This document shows positions 55,458-64,000 of a stretch of DNA of 64,000 nucleotides, piece after piece. Under the pieces are notes generated by a model, which was not told the origin of the DNA, made no database searches, and worked only from the letters and a program-made list of their open reading frames with translations. Where the stretch lies: IMG/VR virus record IMGVR_UViG_3300022187_000001. One strand, given 5' to 3'. The translations under genes were made by a program, and so were the position numbers. Positions within the stretch are counted from its first letter, which is position 1. Each line of letters starts with the position of its first letter. The stretch comes from an uncultured virus (IMG/VR IMGVR_UViG_3300022187_000001). Its lineage: Duplodnaviria > Heunggongvirae > Uroviricota > Caudoviricetes > Crassvirales.

Positions 55458-56191
55458 TCTGCAGCGTCTTCAGAGTTGGTGTAGCTAAATATGTCAGAAT
55501 CTCTAAGCCTAACCCCAATCAGCTTTAGAATCTCTGTTGTTACTTCACTCTTGTAGTGGTTTGGAAGGTCAAAATCTCTAATGTCTAAAGGGTTGACTAT
55601 ATAAGTCCCTGGATCAAAAGCAGACGTACTAACAGAGTAAGTGGGCAATGAATTTACGTCTAAGACACCGTTATTCAAAGAGGTTGGCTGCCTGTAATAC
55701 CTTATTATAACGTCTAGACCGCCTGGGTAAACCCTAATATCATCCTGTATTGATGCCACAGGAAATTCTTCTGTAGGGTATGACAGCCTGCTGTTTAAGA
55801 TTCTAGACACCTTCTCTGTGTCCTGCATTACTTCAACCGTCACGTTCGCTTCTGTCCTAAGAGATATCAATCTAGCGAAATCTTGCGGCTTATCAAAAGG
55901 GGTGACGTCTTCATTAGCGAGTACGTTGCCGCCGCCTCCGATCAGTACTTGCTCTTGAATATATCTAGATAGATCTTCAAGCACATTTTTTTTAGCCCCT
56001 TTGTATCGACCTGGATCTATTCCCTGCCTCCTAACCTGTTGACCCAACAGAAGCTCTTTAAACATCTCGTTAAAGATATTCTTTTGAGCTATGTCAGCAA
56101 AAGTATTAAATACCTCAGGCGTAACAAAGCCTTTTTGCTCTTTGTTTGCAATGTCTCTGACTACATTAAATATCTCTATAACACTAATCAT
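55454..56191 (-). CDS. Tail ring/adaptor protein
   Basis: NKEQKGFVTPEVFN..A..AQ, YYRQP; start moved to MISVIE. Confidence 0.65.
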   Translation of the reverse strand: MISVIEIFNVVRDIANKEQKGFVTPEVFNTFADIAQKNIFNEMFKELLLGQQVRRQGIDPGRYKGAKKNVLEDLSRYIQEQVLIGGGGNVLANEDVTPFDKPQDFARLISLRTEANVTVEVMQDTEKVSRILNSRLSYPTEEFPVASIQDDIRVYPGGLDVIIRYYRQPTSLNNGVLDVNSLPTYSVSTSAFDPGTYIVNPLDIRDFDLPNHYKSEVTTEILKLIGVRLRDSDIFSYTNSEDAAE

Positions 56192-56204
56192 AAAGCAAAT
56201 ATAC

Positions 56205-56240
56205 AAAAAGAAAGAGGGGCTATTGGCCCCTCTCTCTTTG
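56205..56240 (-). terminator. Intrinsic terminator ending the capsid operon
   Basis: Minus strand AGAGGGGCC-AAT-AGCCCCTCT-TTCTTTTTG, running into a TATATTTGC promoter. Confidence 0.8.
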
Positions 56241-56257
56241 CACTATTTAGTAATAGA

Positions 56258-57070
56258 TCAAAGTTTATCTATGTGCTCTTCCAAAGCAGAAAGAACAGTA
56301 GATCCTCTTTCAGTAAGACAATACTTGGTTAAAGTGTCTATACAGTTTGCCCCAGACGGATTGGCAATAATCATTTTGTCACTGTCAAACCAGTAAGCTC
56401 CCTCTTCATTAATCTTCAGTATGTTGTATTCTTTTGCCTGATAAATTAGAGACTTTGCCTTAACTGAAGGATCGTCAAATGCAGATATAAACTTATCTGG
56501 TGACTTTTTTGCTATGCGAAGCAAGTTGTGTCTGATCTCAGAACTTCCCGCATTCGCGTTTACATTAAAGAAAACGGCAACAGGAAGAAGATCATTGATG
56601 TCTTTGTCTCTGACCATTGATATGGCGTCAAGAAGCTTAAACTCTGTTTGCATCTCTTTCTCTGCATCAAGTTTCTTGTCAAGGACTTTAAACGTACTGC
56701 CACCGTTGGCTACGTTCTGAGGATGCTTATCAAGATAGGCCATAAGATTTGGCTCCTCCTTCTTCACAAGAAGATTTCCATCTCTAAAAAGAATCGGTTT
56801 TCTTACTGCGTTGTCCGTCTGCTCATCAGCCCAAATGGCGTGTTCTGAAGGGCAGTACCTAAGCTCTCGCATAGTTTCAGTCTCCTCATCGTACATGGAG
56901 ATTCCTTTAGTCTGAAGCATATAAACAATGCCTCCACCGTTAACAAGCTGGTACACCTTGTGAGTAGGAGCATCAACTCTGCGCTTGAATTGTTTTTTTA
57001 CTTCAGTCTTATTTGAAGCTGTTTGGCTGGTAGCTTTAGGCCTACCAGGAGCCCTCTTTGTTTGTGTCAT
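56258..57070 (-). CDS. Conserved-looking protein of the capsid operon
   Basis: RELRYC...IL FRDGNL.V...YLDKHP. Confidence 0.7.
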   Translation of the reverse strand: MTQTKRAPGRPKATSQTASNKTEVKKQFKRRVDAPTHKVYQLVNGGGIVYMLQTKGISMYDEETETMRELRYCPSEHAIWADEQTDNAVRKPILFRDGNLLVKKEEPNLMAYLDKHPQNVANGGSTFKVLDKKLDAEKEMQTEFKLLDAISMVRDKDINDLLPVAVFFNVNANAGSSEIRHNLLRIAKKSPDKFISAFDDPSVKAKSLIYQAKEYNILKINEEGAYWFDSDKMIIANPSGANCIDTLTKYCLTERGSTVLSALEEHIDKL

Positions 57071-57077
57071 TATTTAT

Positions 57078-58316
57078 TTAATTAAAACTTGAATAATTGT
57101 TTGCGTATTTTTTGTATAGACTTTGAGACAGTGTTCGGGCGGAATTAGCCCCTATATCCCTAGCTATTACACCAAATCTAGCCAATTTTCCTTGAAAAGA
57201 ATATTCTCCAGAAATTCCTGCAAAATAAGCTATTTCTAGGGCACCGTCTGTTCTTCCGCTAGTTGTATTAGATCCTCCTGTTTTTGCGGGTATAACACCT
57301 ACTACATCTCCCCTAAAGTTATGCATGAAAATGTTGTTGTCTCTGTCTCTTCTTATTACAAAGACATACATTGTTTGCTTCTCTCTTGTATTAGATGTTT
57401 CAAGGGTAGGGCTTGGGAACCTATACTCAAGGGTGTTTTCATTATTGTTGTTTGTGTTTACGAATGCTGGAGCTCCGAACCTGTCTTTATGCCTAATAGA
57501 GAAAATGTCGCTAACGCCATTAGCAAAGCCCTTGCACTCACTCCCACCAAAAAACTCATATATGTTTACGTAGCTTTCTAGTCCAAATGCAATGTAAATA
57601 GTATAATCTGCTCCAGATGTATATGTATTAGCTAGGCTAAAGTAGTTTCCTGGCACTATGTCTGCTGACAGGGTCGATACCGAATTCGATGCGACGGTCA
57701 AAGTATTACTTACACCTTCATCAGACGCTCTATGGGTTGCCCCTAATAGTCCAGAGTTTTCCCAGCTTGCTATGTGTTGACCAGCACTTGAGGGCAGGTT
57801 GACTTCGTTGAAATCTAACTCTGGGACATTTTGTTCTGACAGAAAATCTATGTCCGCTATAACAGTTGGAATTCCAACTTGTCTATCTCCAGACCCCGTT
57901 GACTTTTGAGTTACTATGTCTACAGGAGTTGCATTGATGATAGTGGACACATCTTCGAAGCCCTCTATTTTAGCGTCTTTTAGAGTTGCTTCTTTTTTTA
58001 CGGAGTCAAACTTAAGTACGTTTCTTTTGTCATTAGCAGACATAAAGTTCATGACAGACTCCATAAGATTCATCTCTTTTCCTTCTTTGCAGGATACAGA
58101 AATGTTTGTTTTGTCAATTACTTTTCCTTCAGAAAGTGTCGCATAGTCGTATATACTAGCGTCGTCAAAGTTAAAATGAACCTTCCCCAGTGTTGAGGTC
58201 ATAAATGAAAGTTTATCTGCAGGAAGGGCAATCACACTTAGGCCTACACCATCATCAGATGATTTTGTTGACAGCAGTGTAATTTGCTCCCTCCTAAACA
58301 GAAAAAACTTCTTCAT
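57078..58316 (-). CDS. Virion protein with a C-terminal LamG/ConA-like domain
   Basis: IASWENSG...FQGKLARFGVI...L..KY. Confidence 0.55.
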   Translation of the reverse strand: MKKFFLFRREQITLLSTKSSDDGVGLSVIALPADKLSFMTSTLGKVHFNFDDASIYDYATLSEGKVIDKTNISVSCKEGKEMNLMESVMNFMSANDKRNVLKFDSVKKEATLKDAKIEGFEDVSTIINATPVDIVTQKSTGSGDRQVGIPTVIADIDFLSEQNVPELDFNEVNLPSSAGQHIASWENSGLLGATHRASDEGVSNTLTVASNSVSTLSADIVPGNYFSLANTYTSGADYTIYIAFGLESYVNIYEFFGGSECKGFANGVSDIFSIRHKDRFGAPAFVNTNNNNENTLEYRFPSPTLETSNTREKQTMYVFVIRRDRDNNIFMHNFRGDVVGVIPAKTGGSNTTSGRTDGALEIAYFAGISGEYSFQGKLARFGVIARDIGANSARTLSQSLYKKYANNYSSFN

Positions 58317-58612
58317 TATGATGGGGTCGCGGCGAACGTGACTGAAGAAACCTTACTATTAAAAGCCGATAGATCAATGATCTCAAGCTTTCCAAAATTC
58401 ATAGTTTCAATCAAAGCAGTGGCTACCTCGATATTTGATCCCGCTGTAACGGTAATCACATATTCGCTGTTGTTTAGACCACCAGTCGCTCCTCCAGCTT
58501 CTTTATTGTGATTAAGACAGGTTACGTGTATTTGATCGGTTGTTCCACAGTCAATGCCAAGGACAGTGTCTAGTGGAGTAAAAACGTTATTTCCAAAAAT
58601 AAACTTCTTCAT
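58316..58612 (-). CDS. Small virion-associated protein
   Basis: 98 aa; MKKF start like the downstream gene. Confidence 0.6.
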   Translation of the reverse strand: MKKFIFGNNVFTPLDTVLGIDCGTTDQIHVTCLNHNKEAGGATGGLNNSEYVITVTAGSNIEVATALIETMNFGKLEIIDLSAFNSKVSSVTFAATPS

Positions 58613-59028
58613 TACGTTACAGTTACAGAGTTATTAAAAAGCACCTTGTATCCAGAAGCCTGAGCTTCCAAAAGGAGAGTATCTCCAGTAGCATTGTATT
58701 CGTAGGTAACAGCCGTTCCAGTTTCATTAGTAGCTGAAATGGTAATAGACCCACCTGAAATAGCCGCAGCCGTAACCAACAACAGCTGACCAATAATAAC
58801 ATCTGGGTAGACATACGTCTTAAGCTCCGTGTAAGGAGTCGTGTCAGCAGGTGTTTCAGTAGCCTTGGTGGTGTACTTATTGGGAGCTGGCAAAGAGGCG
58901 ACATCCACACCGCCACTTCCAGTAAGCTCAATTACGAGAGCCCCGTCAGGATTCAGAGGTGCCGTGCTGGTGCTCGTAGTAATGGCTTCGTTAGCCCCGT
59001 CAGGAATAAGAATTGAGTTGTATCCCAT
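58612..59028 (-). CDS. Probable capsid decoration protein
   Basis: T/A/G-rich beta protein right after the major capsid gene. Confidence 0.55.
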   Translation of the reverse strand: MGYNSILIPDGANEAITTSTSTAPLNPDGALVIELTGSGGVDVASLPAPNKYTTKATETPADTTPYTELKTYVYPDVIIGQLLLVTAAAISGGSITISATNETGTAVTYEYNATGDTLLLEAQASGYKVLFNNSVTVT

Positions 59029-59050
59029 GATTTATTTTTTTATGGTTTTT

Positions 59051-59075
59051 GAGGGGAGACCAAGCGCCTCCCCTC
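59051..59075 (-). other. GC-rich hairpin after the major capsid gene (stabiliser/attenuator)
   Basis: GAGGGGAG...CTCCCCTC with no U-tract on the coding strand. Confidence 0.6.
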
Positions 59076-59088
59076 GCAAACCTAGTTA

Positions 59089-60447
59089 TTAGCCCTTGAT
59101 GATAACGTGCTGGTTAGCAGCGCGAGTAACCAAAGCGATCTCAGAACGATAGTTCATTTCCAAGATGTCTTCGGTCAGCTCATTGTGTCCGAGAACACCG
59201 CCACCGCGCACCCAGTGCTCCATCTCACGGCTGTAGCCGTTAGACTCCTTGTAGTTCATCTCCAAAGCTGGAGCCTTAGCACCACTAACTGGATCGGTGA
59301 CCCGTGTCATTGGTACCATAGCGCCAATATACTTGGTAGAAGCACCCAAGAGAGTTGGGTCGTTCATCAACTTCCAGTCGTGCTTGTGGAAAGTGTATCC
59401 ACCACGGGTGAAGCTCTTAAATCCAAGCTGTACAGCCATGTCAGCATCGTTGTTAAACGCACCGAACTGACCAGCCAGACCAGCCGTTACGTTGGTAGCG
59501 ATACCCGAAGCAAGCATGTCGTCAATAGCCAGAGATTGATTTCTGTTGACATACATGGCGTACTCACTAGGAGCTCCCTGGCGGTCCAATTCCAAAATGA
59601 TGGAGTCGAACTCAGTAAAGCTATCCAGAGGGTTAGTAGATGCATTGCTCACAACAATACCGCGATCGTTAACAGCAGAGAAGTAGCCTTCAGAACCGCC
59701 AACAGCACCAGAAAGACCAGAAATCGTAGCGTTTGCCGCTCCAGTCTTCTCAGCAAAGAGCATCATCAGCTCACGGCGATCTTCAAAACGCTTGCGGGTC
59801 TCCTGCTCACCGTGGACGTACCAGCGGTAGTCACCACCAACGTTTACCCATCCGATGTTTGTAGCCTGAGAACCATTCACCTCGTAACGATCCTTGATGA
59901 TCATGTACTGGTTAGTACGCTTAGTTGGGTCCGTTTTCATGAACTGACTTGGCTGATCTGTACCCTGGTCATACATGTTTCCAAGGATGATCAGTTTATC
60001 GGAGGCCACCCAGTCTGTTCCAGTTGCCCCACTAAGAGTAGCAAACGTTGTTCCTGCTGTGGTGCAGATATACACCTCTCCAGTAGTGGCATTCATTACA
60101 ACTGTCTGAAGCTCAATCAAATCAGCACCAGTGAGTGGTGTACCCAAAGTAACCACTCCTGCAGTAGAAGAGTTTGCTGAGAAGGTATTGGCTCCGATGT
60201 CAACCAATCTGTGACGGCGCTGCTCCTCCCAATATTGGATGTTGTCAGCTTGGCCGCCATTCTTGATAGCTCCAGTCAGTTTAAGAAACCCCGTGATACC
60301 CTGATCACCGTAGGTTTTAATCAAAAGATCCCGATTGTCGGGCTTGTTATATTCCAGAAGCTGGTCTATAGTTGTGTATTTGTCGGGAGTGGTTGTAAAA
60401 CCAGGTTGCGCAGTCGATGCGCCGCTCCCCAATCCAATAGTTGCCAT
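59089..60447 (-). CDS. Major capsid protein
   Basis: 452 aa after an acidic scaffold gene; YG.Q...GFL, WEEQ.R, VNGSQAT.IGWV, GSEGYF, LGFKSF.RGGY.FHKHDWK. Confidence 0.88.
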   Translation of the reverse strand: MATIGLGSGASTAQPGFTTTPDKYTTIDQLLEYNKPDNRDLLIKTYGDQGITGFLKLTGAIKNGGQADNIQYWEEQRRHRLVDIGANTFSANSSTAGVVTLGTPLTGADLIELQTVVMNATTGEVYICTTAGTTFATLSGATGTDWVASDKLIILGNMYDQGTDQPSQFMKTDPTKRTNQYMIIKDRYEVNGSQATNIGWVNVGGDYRWYVHGEQETRKRFEDRRELMMLFAEKTGAANATISGLSGAVGGSEGYFSAVNDRGIVVSNASTNPLDSFTEFDSIILELDRQGAPSEYAMYVNRNQSLAIDDMLASGIATNVTAGLAGQFGAFNNDADMAVQLGFKSFTRGGYTFHKHDWKLMNDPTLLGASTKYIGAMVPMTRVTDPVSGAKAPALEMNYKESNGYSREMEHWVRGGGVLGHNELTEDILEMNYRSEIALVTRAANQHVIIKG

Positions 60448-60458
60448 TGTTTTAGTTT

Positions 60459-61604
60459 TTAGATGTTAAATGTCATAAGACTGTTATCCCCTCCCCCAAC
60501 GATTTGTCTAAGTTGTGCTGAGAGTGGGTTTTCTTGTTTCTCCGATTGTTTCGGAGATTGATTCGATTTAACATTAGCCGCGTTCTGTACTACGCCTTGC
60601 TGGCCATCACTCAAACCCTGTCTATAGACTGACCCGACAATTTCGTCGATTTTATCTATTACAGTAATATGAGAGGCCAGGCTATCGTAGTCCCATTGGC
60701 CGCTATCGTCAACATACGAATCAAAAAACTCGTCAATACGGGCGTTCCGATCAACGAGTTGGCTTCGGTAATTGTCATCAATACCATAAGTAAAAGTTTT
60801 ACCATTTGGCAAGTCAAACTCTAACCCAGTAAGAGAACCGACTTCCTGAGACATTTGACTTACCCAGTTATCGTCAATTACATATCGATCTTCATCAACG
60901 CTTTGCTGTTGAACCTCTGGGGCGGCGTATCCGTTTCGGATATCTTCAATCGCCTGTCGGGCTCTAGTTGCGTCAGCTTTAAGTTGGATCTGTGCAAGAC
61001 GGACCTGCTCTTCAGAAGTAGAGTCAGGATCCATATTGTACTTACTTGATATGAGCGTATTAAGCTCATCAACATTGAGTCCTGGGTATTCAGAAGCCAT
61101 GTTTACACGAACAGCCGTAAAATCATCCATTTCGGATGGGTTTAACGATTGATATGCAAACCAGTCCTGAGGAGTTCTACCTGTTTCTTCAACGAAATTA
61201 GCAATAGCTTGAATTCGTTCGTCCATTTCGTAGACACCCTGGTCCTCTCCGTCATCTATAAAGTCGTCAAAACTGGTGACCTGAACTCCGAGCCTTTCGC
61301 TCATATAATTCAGTACCGCATTTTCTACGTCTTCTTGTGTATATTCTGATTCAGGTTTCTGCTCTGACGGACCCAAGACTTGTTCCTCTGTGTATGGAGA
61401 GGCCTCTATTTCTTCGGGCGTAGGAGCTTCTGCTGGTGGAGCCACCTCATCTGATAACGCATCAGAAATTGACGTCTTAGGAGCTTCACTCATTGATTCA
61501 GCCAGATCTTGAACATTGTCAAAGAACTGAATCGGTTGGGTCTCTTGCTCTGGAGATGCCTGATCCACGGTCTGCTCTGGAGCAGTATTGTTATTATCTT
61601 CCAT
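60459..61604 (-). CDS. Capsid scaffolding-like acidic protein
   Basis: Very acidic, 381 aa, immediately upstream of the capsid gene. Confidence 0.65.
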   Translation of the reverse strand: MEDNNNTAPEQTVDQASPEQETQPIQFFDNVQDLAESMSEAPKTSISDALSDEVAPPAEAPTPEEIEASPYTEEQVLGPSEQKPESEYTQEDVENAVLNYMSERLGVQVTSFDDFIDDGEDQGVYEMDERIQAIANFVEETGRTPQDWFAYQSLNPSEMDDFTAVRVNMASEYPGLNVDELNTLISSKYNMDPDSTSEEQVRLAQIQLKADATRARQAIEDIRNGYAAPEVQQQSVDEDRYVIDDNWVSQMSQEVGSLTGLEFDLPNGKTFTYGIDDNYRSQLVDRNARIDEFFDSYVDDSGQWDYDSLASHITVIDKIDEIVGSVYRQGLSDGQQGVVQNAANVKSNQSPKQSEKQENPLSAQLRQIVGGGDNSLMTFNI

Positions 61605-61623
61605 TGTATTTAATTAATTGATT

Positions 61624-61689
61624 TTACATAAACAGATGAAACGACCCGCCTGCTTCGTTTGCTGAATCAAGCTTAAAGACGTTATTCAT
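61624..61689 (-). CDS. Micro-ORF, 21 aa
   Basis: TAATG coupling; MNNVFKLDSANEAGGSFHLFM. Confidence 0.35.
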   Translation of the reverse strand: MNNVFKLDSANEAGGSFHLFM

Positions 61690-62096
61690 TACGATTGGTA
61701 AATTACTGCGTACTCAACAGTCATGTTCGTTGCTGAGGTGTCAATATCAATATCAGTAGTTGCGTCCCAAGGGAAGAAAGCCCAGTCTCCAGCATAAAGA
61801 CGACCCATGTTAAGTACATCAGTTGCTCCATCGAATTCAATGGTAATGAACTCAGCCGCATTGGTGCTGATGTTTTTAATATAAACCTTATGGGCAAGAT
61901 CGTCACTGTAGTCAGCTGCAGCCAAGAGGTTTGCAGCCGTTTGAGCCGTTGCATAAGTTTTACGAGCCACACCTGTTGTCTGATCCAAGCCAGTGGTGTT
62001 GCCCGCTTGAGTCAGAGTAGCGGTCGTTGAGAGCGACAGTGCATCTCCAGTGAGGTCAGCACTGCTAAGCGTAAGAGTTGCGGTTGTGGTAGCCAT
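61689..62096 (-). CDS. Beta-rich virion structural protein
   Basis: T/A-rich; KVYIKN...GRLYAGDWAFFPW; own promoter at 62115-62123. Confidence 0.65.
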   Translation of the reverse strand: MATTTATLTLSSADLTGDALSLSTTATLTQAGNTTGLDQTTGVARKTYATAQTAANLLAAADYSDDLAHKVYIKNISTNAAEFITIEFDGATDVLNMGRLYAGDWAFFPWDATTDIDIDTSATNMTVEYAVIYQS

Positions 62097-62128
62097 TTTT
62101 AGTTATTTATTTTTGCAAATATATGTTG

Positions 62129-62410
62129 TTATTTTTTGATAACTCTCATACCCGACTTGGCTTTTGGCGCAGTCTTATTTTTTTTCTTGTATCTAGAGAC
62201 CCTACCCTTTTCTCGTTTCTCCTTGGCTGCCGCTCTCTTTTCACCTGGGGTTAGCTCTGACCAAGTTGTAGGAGTTTCTTTGCTGATGCGCTTTGTAGGG
62301 CGAAACGTCCTGTCAGATCCGCTGTACCCTTCCTTGCCTTTCGGGGTCTTCCACTCCTCCTTAAACCACCTTCTCAGGGCTGCACCCTTCTCAGTCTTGC
62401 GTACTGCCAT
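62129..62410 (-). CDS. Small basic protein
   Basis: LRRWFKEEWK...RPTKRISKETP.T. Confidence 0.7.
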   Translation of the reverse strand: MAVRKTEKGAALRRWFKEEWKTPKGKEGYSGSDRTFRPTKRISKETPTTWSELTPGEKRAAAKEKREKGRVSRYKKKNKTAPKAKSGMRVIKK

Positions 62411-62574
62411 TACTTTTTCTTTTTGCCCTTACCATAGTTTGAAGCGCCCATCTTCCTGCACTTAGCAATCCTACCGCTGGCGTATGCTGACGGGAAAACC
62501 TTTTCGCCAGCCTTTACCTTGTGGTAGCAAGCGTCCTTGACGGTACCTCCCTTCTTGTACTTCTTTACCCTCAT
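62410..62574 (-). CDS. Small basic protein, 54 aa
   Basis: Hand translation MRVKKYKKGGTVKDACYHKVKAGEKVFPSAYASGRIAKCRK...; coupled at both ends. Confidence 0.75.
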   Translation of the reverse strand: MRVKKYKKGGTVKDACYHKVKAGEKVFPSAYASGRIAKCRKMGASNYGKGKKKK

Positions 62575-62756
62575 GAGTGATTTACTATCTTAAAGTGAGC
62601 ACTCTCTACTGCCCCAGGATGAGGTTTGTAGTCCCCTTTCATCAGGAAATACCTACCTCTATCCTCCATCCAGTGATAACCGCTTGGAGGAGGTACAGAT
62701 ACTTTTTTGTTGCTTACATCAAGCTTGCCACCTTTATTTTTCTTGACGGCATTCAC
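62571..62756 (-). CDS. Small basic protein
   Basis: KKNKGGKL...PPSGYHWM. Confidence 0.7.
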   Translation of the reverse strand: MNAVKKNKGGKLDVSNKKVSVPPPSGYHWMEDRGRYFLMKGDYKPHPGAVESAHFKIVNHS

Positions 62757-62968
62757 TGCACTTGGTTTTTTGCAAGCAAAAGCTTAATCTCTTGAAGCTC
62801 TTTAAGCAGGGTTTCAATGTTTGCCTTGAGATCGCCGTGATCCATCTCCAAAACCTTGACTCTAGACTTCAAGGTCGTAAAATCGTTTTGAAATTTTAAC
62901 CACATTCCTATTAAGGCGCCAACCATAGTAAGCAGCTCAAACTGTGTAAGGGCGTCAGGGTTTATCAT
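62753..62968 (-). CDS. Single-TM coiled-coil protein
   Basis: LLTMVGALIGMWL followed by heptad repeats. Confidence 0.65.
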   Translation of the reverse strand: MINPDALTQFELLTMVGALIGMWLKFQNDFTTLKSRVKVLEMDHGDLKANIETLLKELQEIKLLLAKNQVQ

Positions 62969-63276
62969 TAGCAGTTCCACTTTTTAAGTGATTTATTTAT
63001 TCGTGAGTTTGGGTCGCGGGCGGTTTTAGCGCTAGTTCTTCTTTTCTTCATGCCTGTCATTCTTGCACAAAAAGACTTTCTTCTAGATGCAGCTTTGCTT
63101 CCCTTTTTAAGTTTAGAAGGCTTTGTAGTAACCGCTGTTTTAAGTTTGCTACCAGGATTTGCTCGTCGATATGAAGCAACACCTTTTTTATTCAGGCCTC
63201 CAGAAGGGTTCTTCCCCTCTTTCCTAGTCCATGCAGGAGTTTTCCCCCCAGATTTGTAAGATTTTTTACATTTCAT
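62968..63276 (-). CDS. Small basic protein
   Basis: YKSGGK...GKNPSGGLN...RRKSFCARM...SLKKWNC. Confidence 0.75.
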   Translation of the reverse strand: MKCKKSYKSGGKTPAWTRKEGKNPSGGLNKKGVASYRRANPGSKLKTAVTTKPSKLKKGSKAASRRKSFCARMTGMKKRRTSAKTARDPNSRINKSLKKWNC

Positions 63277-63324
63277 AAATGCAAATATAAAAACAAAACA
63301 ATAAGAGTTTTAGTGAGACTAATG

Positions 63325-63579
63325 TCAAGGCTTTACGCCATACTCTCCTGGATATAAAGTAATCGTTGTGTCTGAAGAGCCATCAACAAGATAAGTGAAC
63401 GTGCTTATCTCAGTTAGCTCTATTGTTTCATACGTTGCTGTCCAAGTCCCATCTCCTTGTTGAGAACACTCTTCTAAAGACTGCTCATTATAAGAAAAAG
63501 AAAAATTCGGAGCGCTGGCATCGTACCAAAACTCTTGCAGATCTTCCTCTGAGGATATTGTTATTGTATAGCTTGCCAT
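63325..63579 (-). CDS. Small acidic hypothetical protein
   Basis: 84 aa, coupled to the upstream gene. Confidence 0.6.
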   Translation of the reverse strand: MASYTITISSEEDLQEFWYDASAPNFSFSYNEQSLEECSQQGDGTWTATYETIELTEISTFTYLVDGSSDTTITLYPGEYGVKP

Positions 63580-63992
63580 TATCTTACGTGAAGTACAATG
63601 CCTACCTTTTGTGAGTTAGGACTTTGTTGATTGTATATTATACCTGCATGATCTACAGTCAATCCTGAACCAATTGCATTTGTGATTTTTGTTGCATCTT
63701 GAAATGAGGTAAATGAATTCATCGTATCGTTATCTACTTTATCTCCATTCCACCCATCGTTCCTAGCTTGAATTCCCCAGACACCGTTCTTTTTAAATAA
63801 GCAACCTTGGAAGTCGCCATCGTAAGTATATGTAAATCTGAAGCCCTGTATCTCTTCCCAATCAGTGTCACTATTAATAAGTTGAAATGTTCTATTTGCG
63901 GTCATTCCAGTATAAATTCTTAGATAGGATGTACTAGATGATGAGCCATAGAGCTGGCCACCTTTAATAGCGATTCCCCCAAAGTTTCCCAT
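63579..63992 (-). CDS. Hypothetical (tail fibre-like) protein; may start beyond the right edge
   Basis: G/S/T/N-rich ORF at the window edge. Confidence 0.5.
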   Translation of the reverse strand: MGNFGGIAIKGGQLYGSSSSTSYLRIYTGMTANRTFQLINSDTDWEEIQGFRFTYTYDGDFQGCLFKKNGVWGIQARNDGWNGDKVDNDTMNSFTSFQDATKITNAIGSGLTVDHAGIIYNQQSPNSQKVGIVLHVR

Positions 63993-64000
63993 CCAACACG

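Noticed and set aside
59107..60180. 357-aa plus-strand ORF antisense to the major capsid gene
   Set aside because: Explained by strong codon bias of the capsid gene; no recognisable motifs

Overview
The window is most of a podovirus-like dsDNA phage genome that infects a Bacteroidota host, probably a flavobacterium (inferred). The host call rests on TTTG-N20/21-TAnnTTTG promoters, A/C-rich translation starts without a Shine-Dalgarno site, and a gene with a T9SS type-B sorting domain. The + strand arm (about 12.5-29.3 kb) holds many small early genes, two canonical tRNAs and a replication/recombination module: Rad52/Sak-like annealing protein, PD-(D/E)XK exonuclease, primase-helicase, T7 endoI-like resolvase and class II RNR. 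The - strand late genes lie on both sides of it. The left part has the portal (cut off by the window edge), TerL, a GroES-like protein, lysis genes and small basic proteins. The right part has the scaffold, major capsid protein, tail ring and stabilization proteins, ejection/polyvalent proteins and two paralogous beta-propeller proteins. No DNA polymerase, RNA polymerase or integrase is recognisable. Most notable: (1) a D-arm-less tRNA-like gene with a UAU anticodon, alongside tRNA-Ile2(CAU) and tRNA-Arg(UCU), matching AUA/AGA-rich late genes; (2) a phage-encoded T9SS substrate whose stalk is packed with O-glycosylation sequons, next to a glycosyltransferase-like gene; (3) a recurring basic xxGG(K/R)...DPP tag in small late proteins and at module boundaries of multi-effector polyproteins; (4) repeated early promoter cassettes with a palindrome at fixed spacing, and near-leaderless late promoters. 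All calls come from motif recognition by eye; no database search was run.
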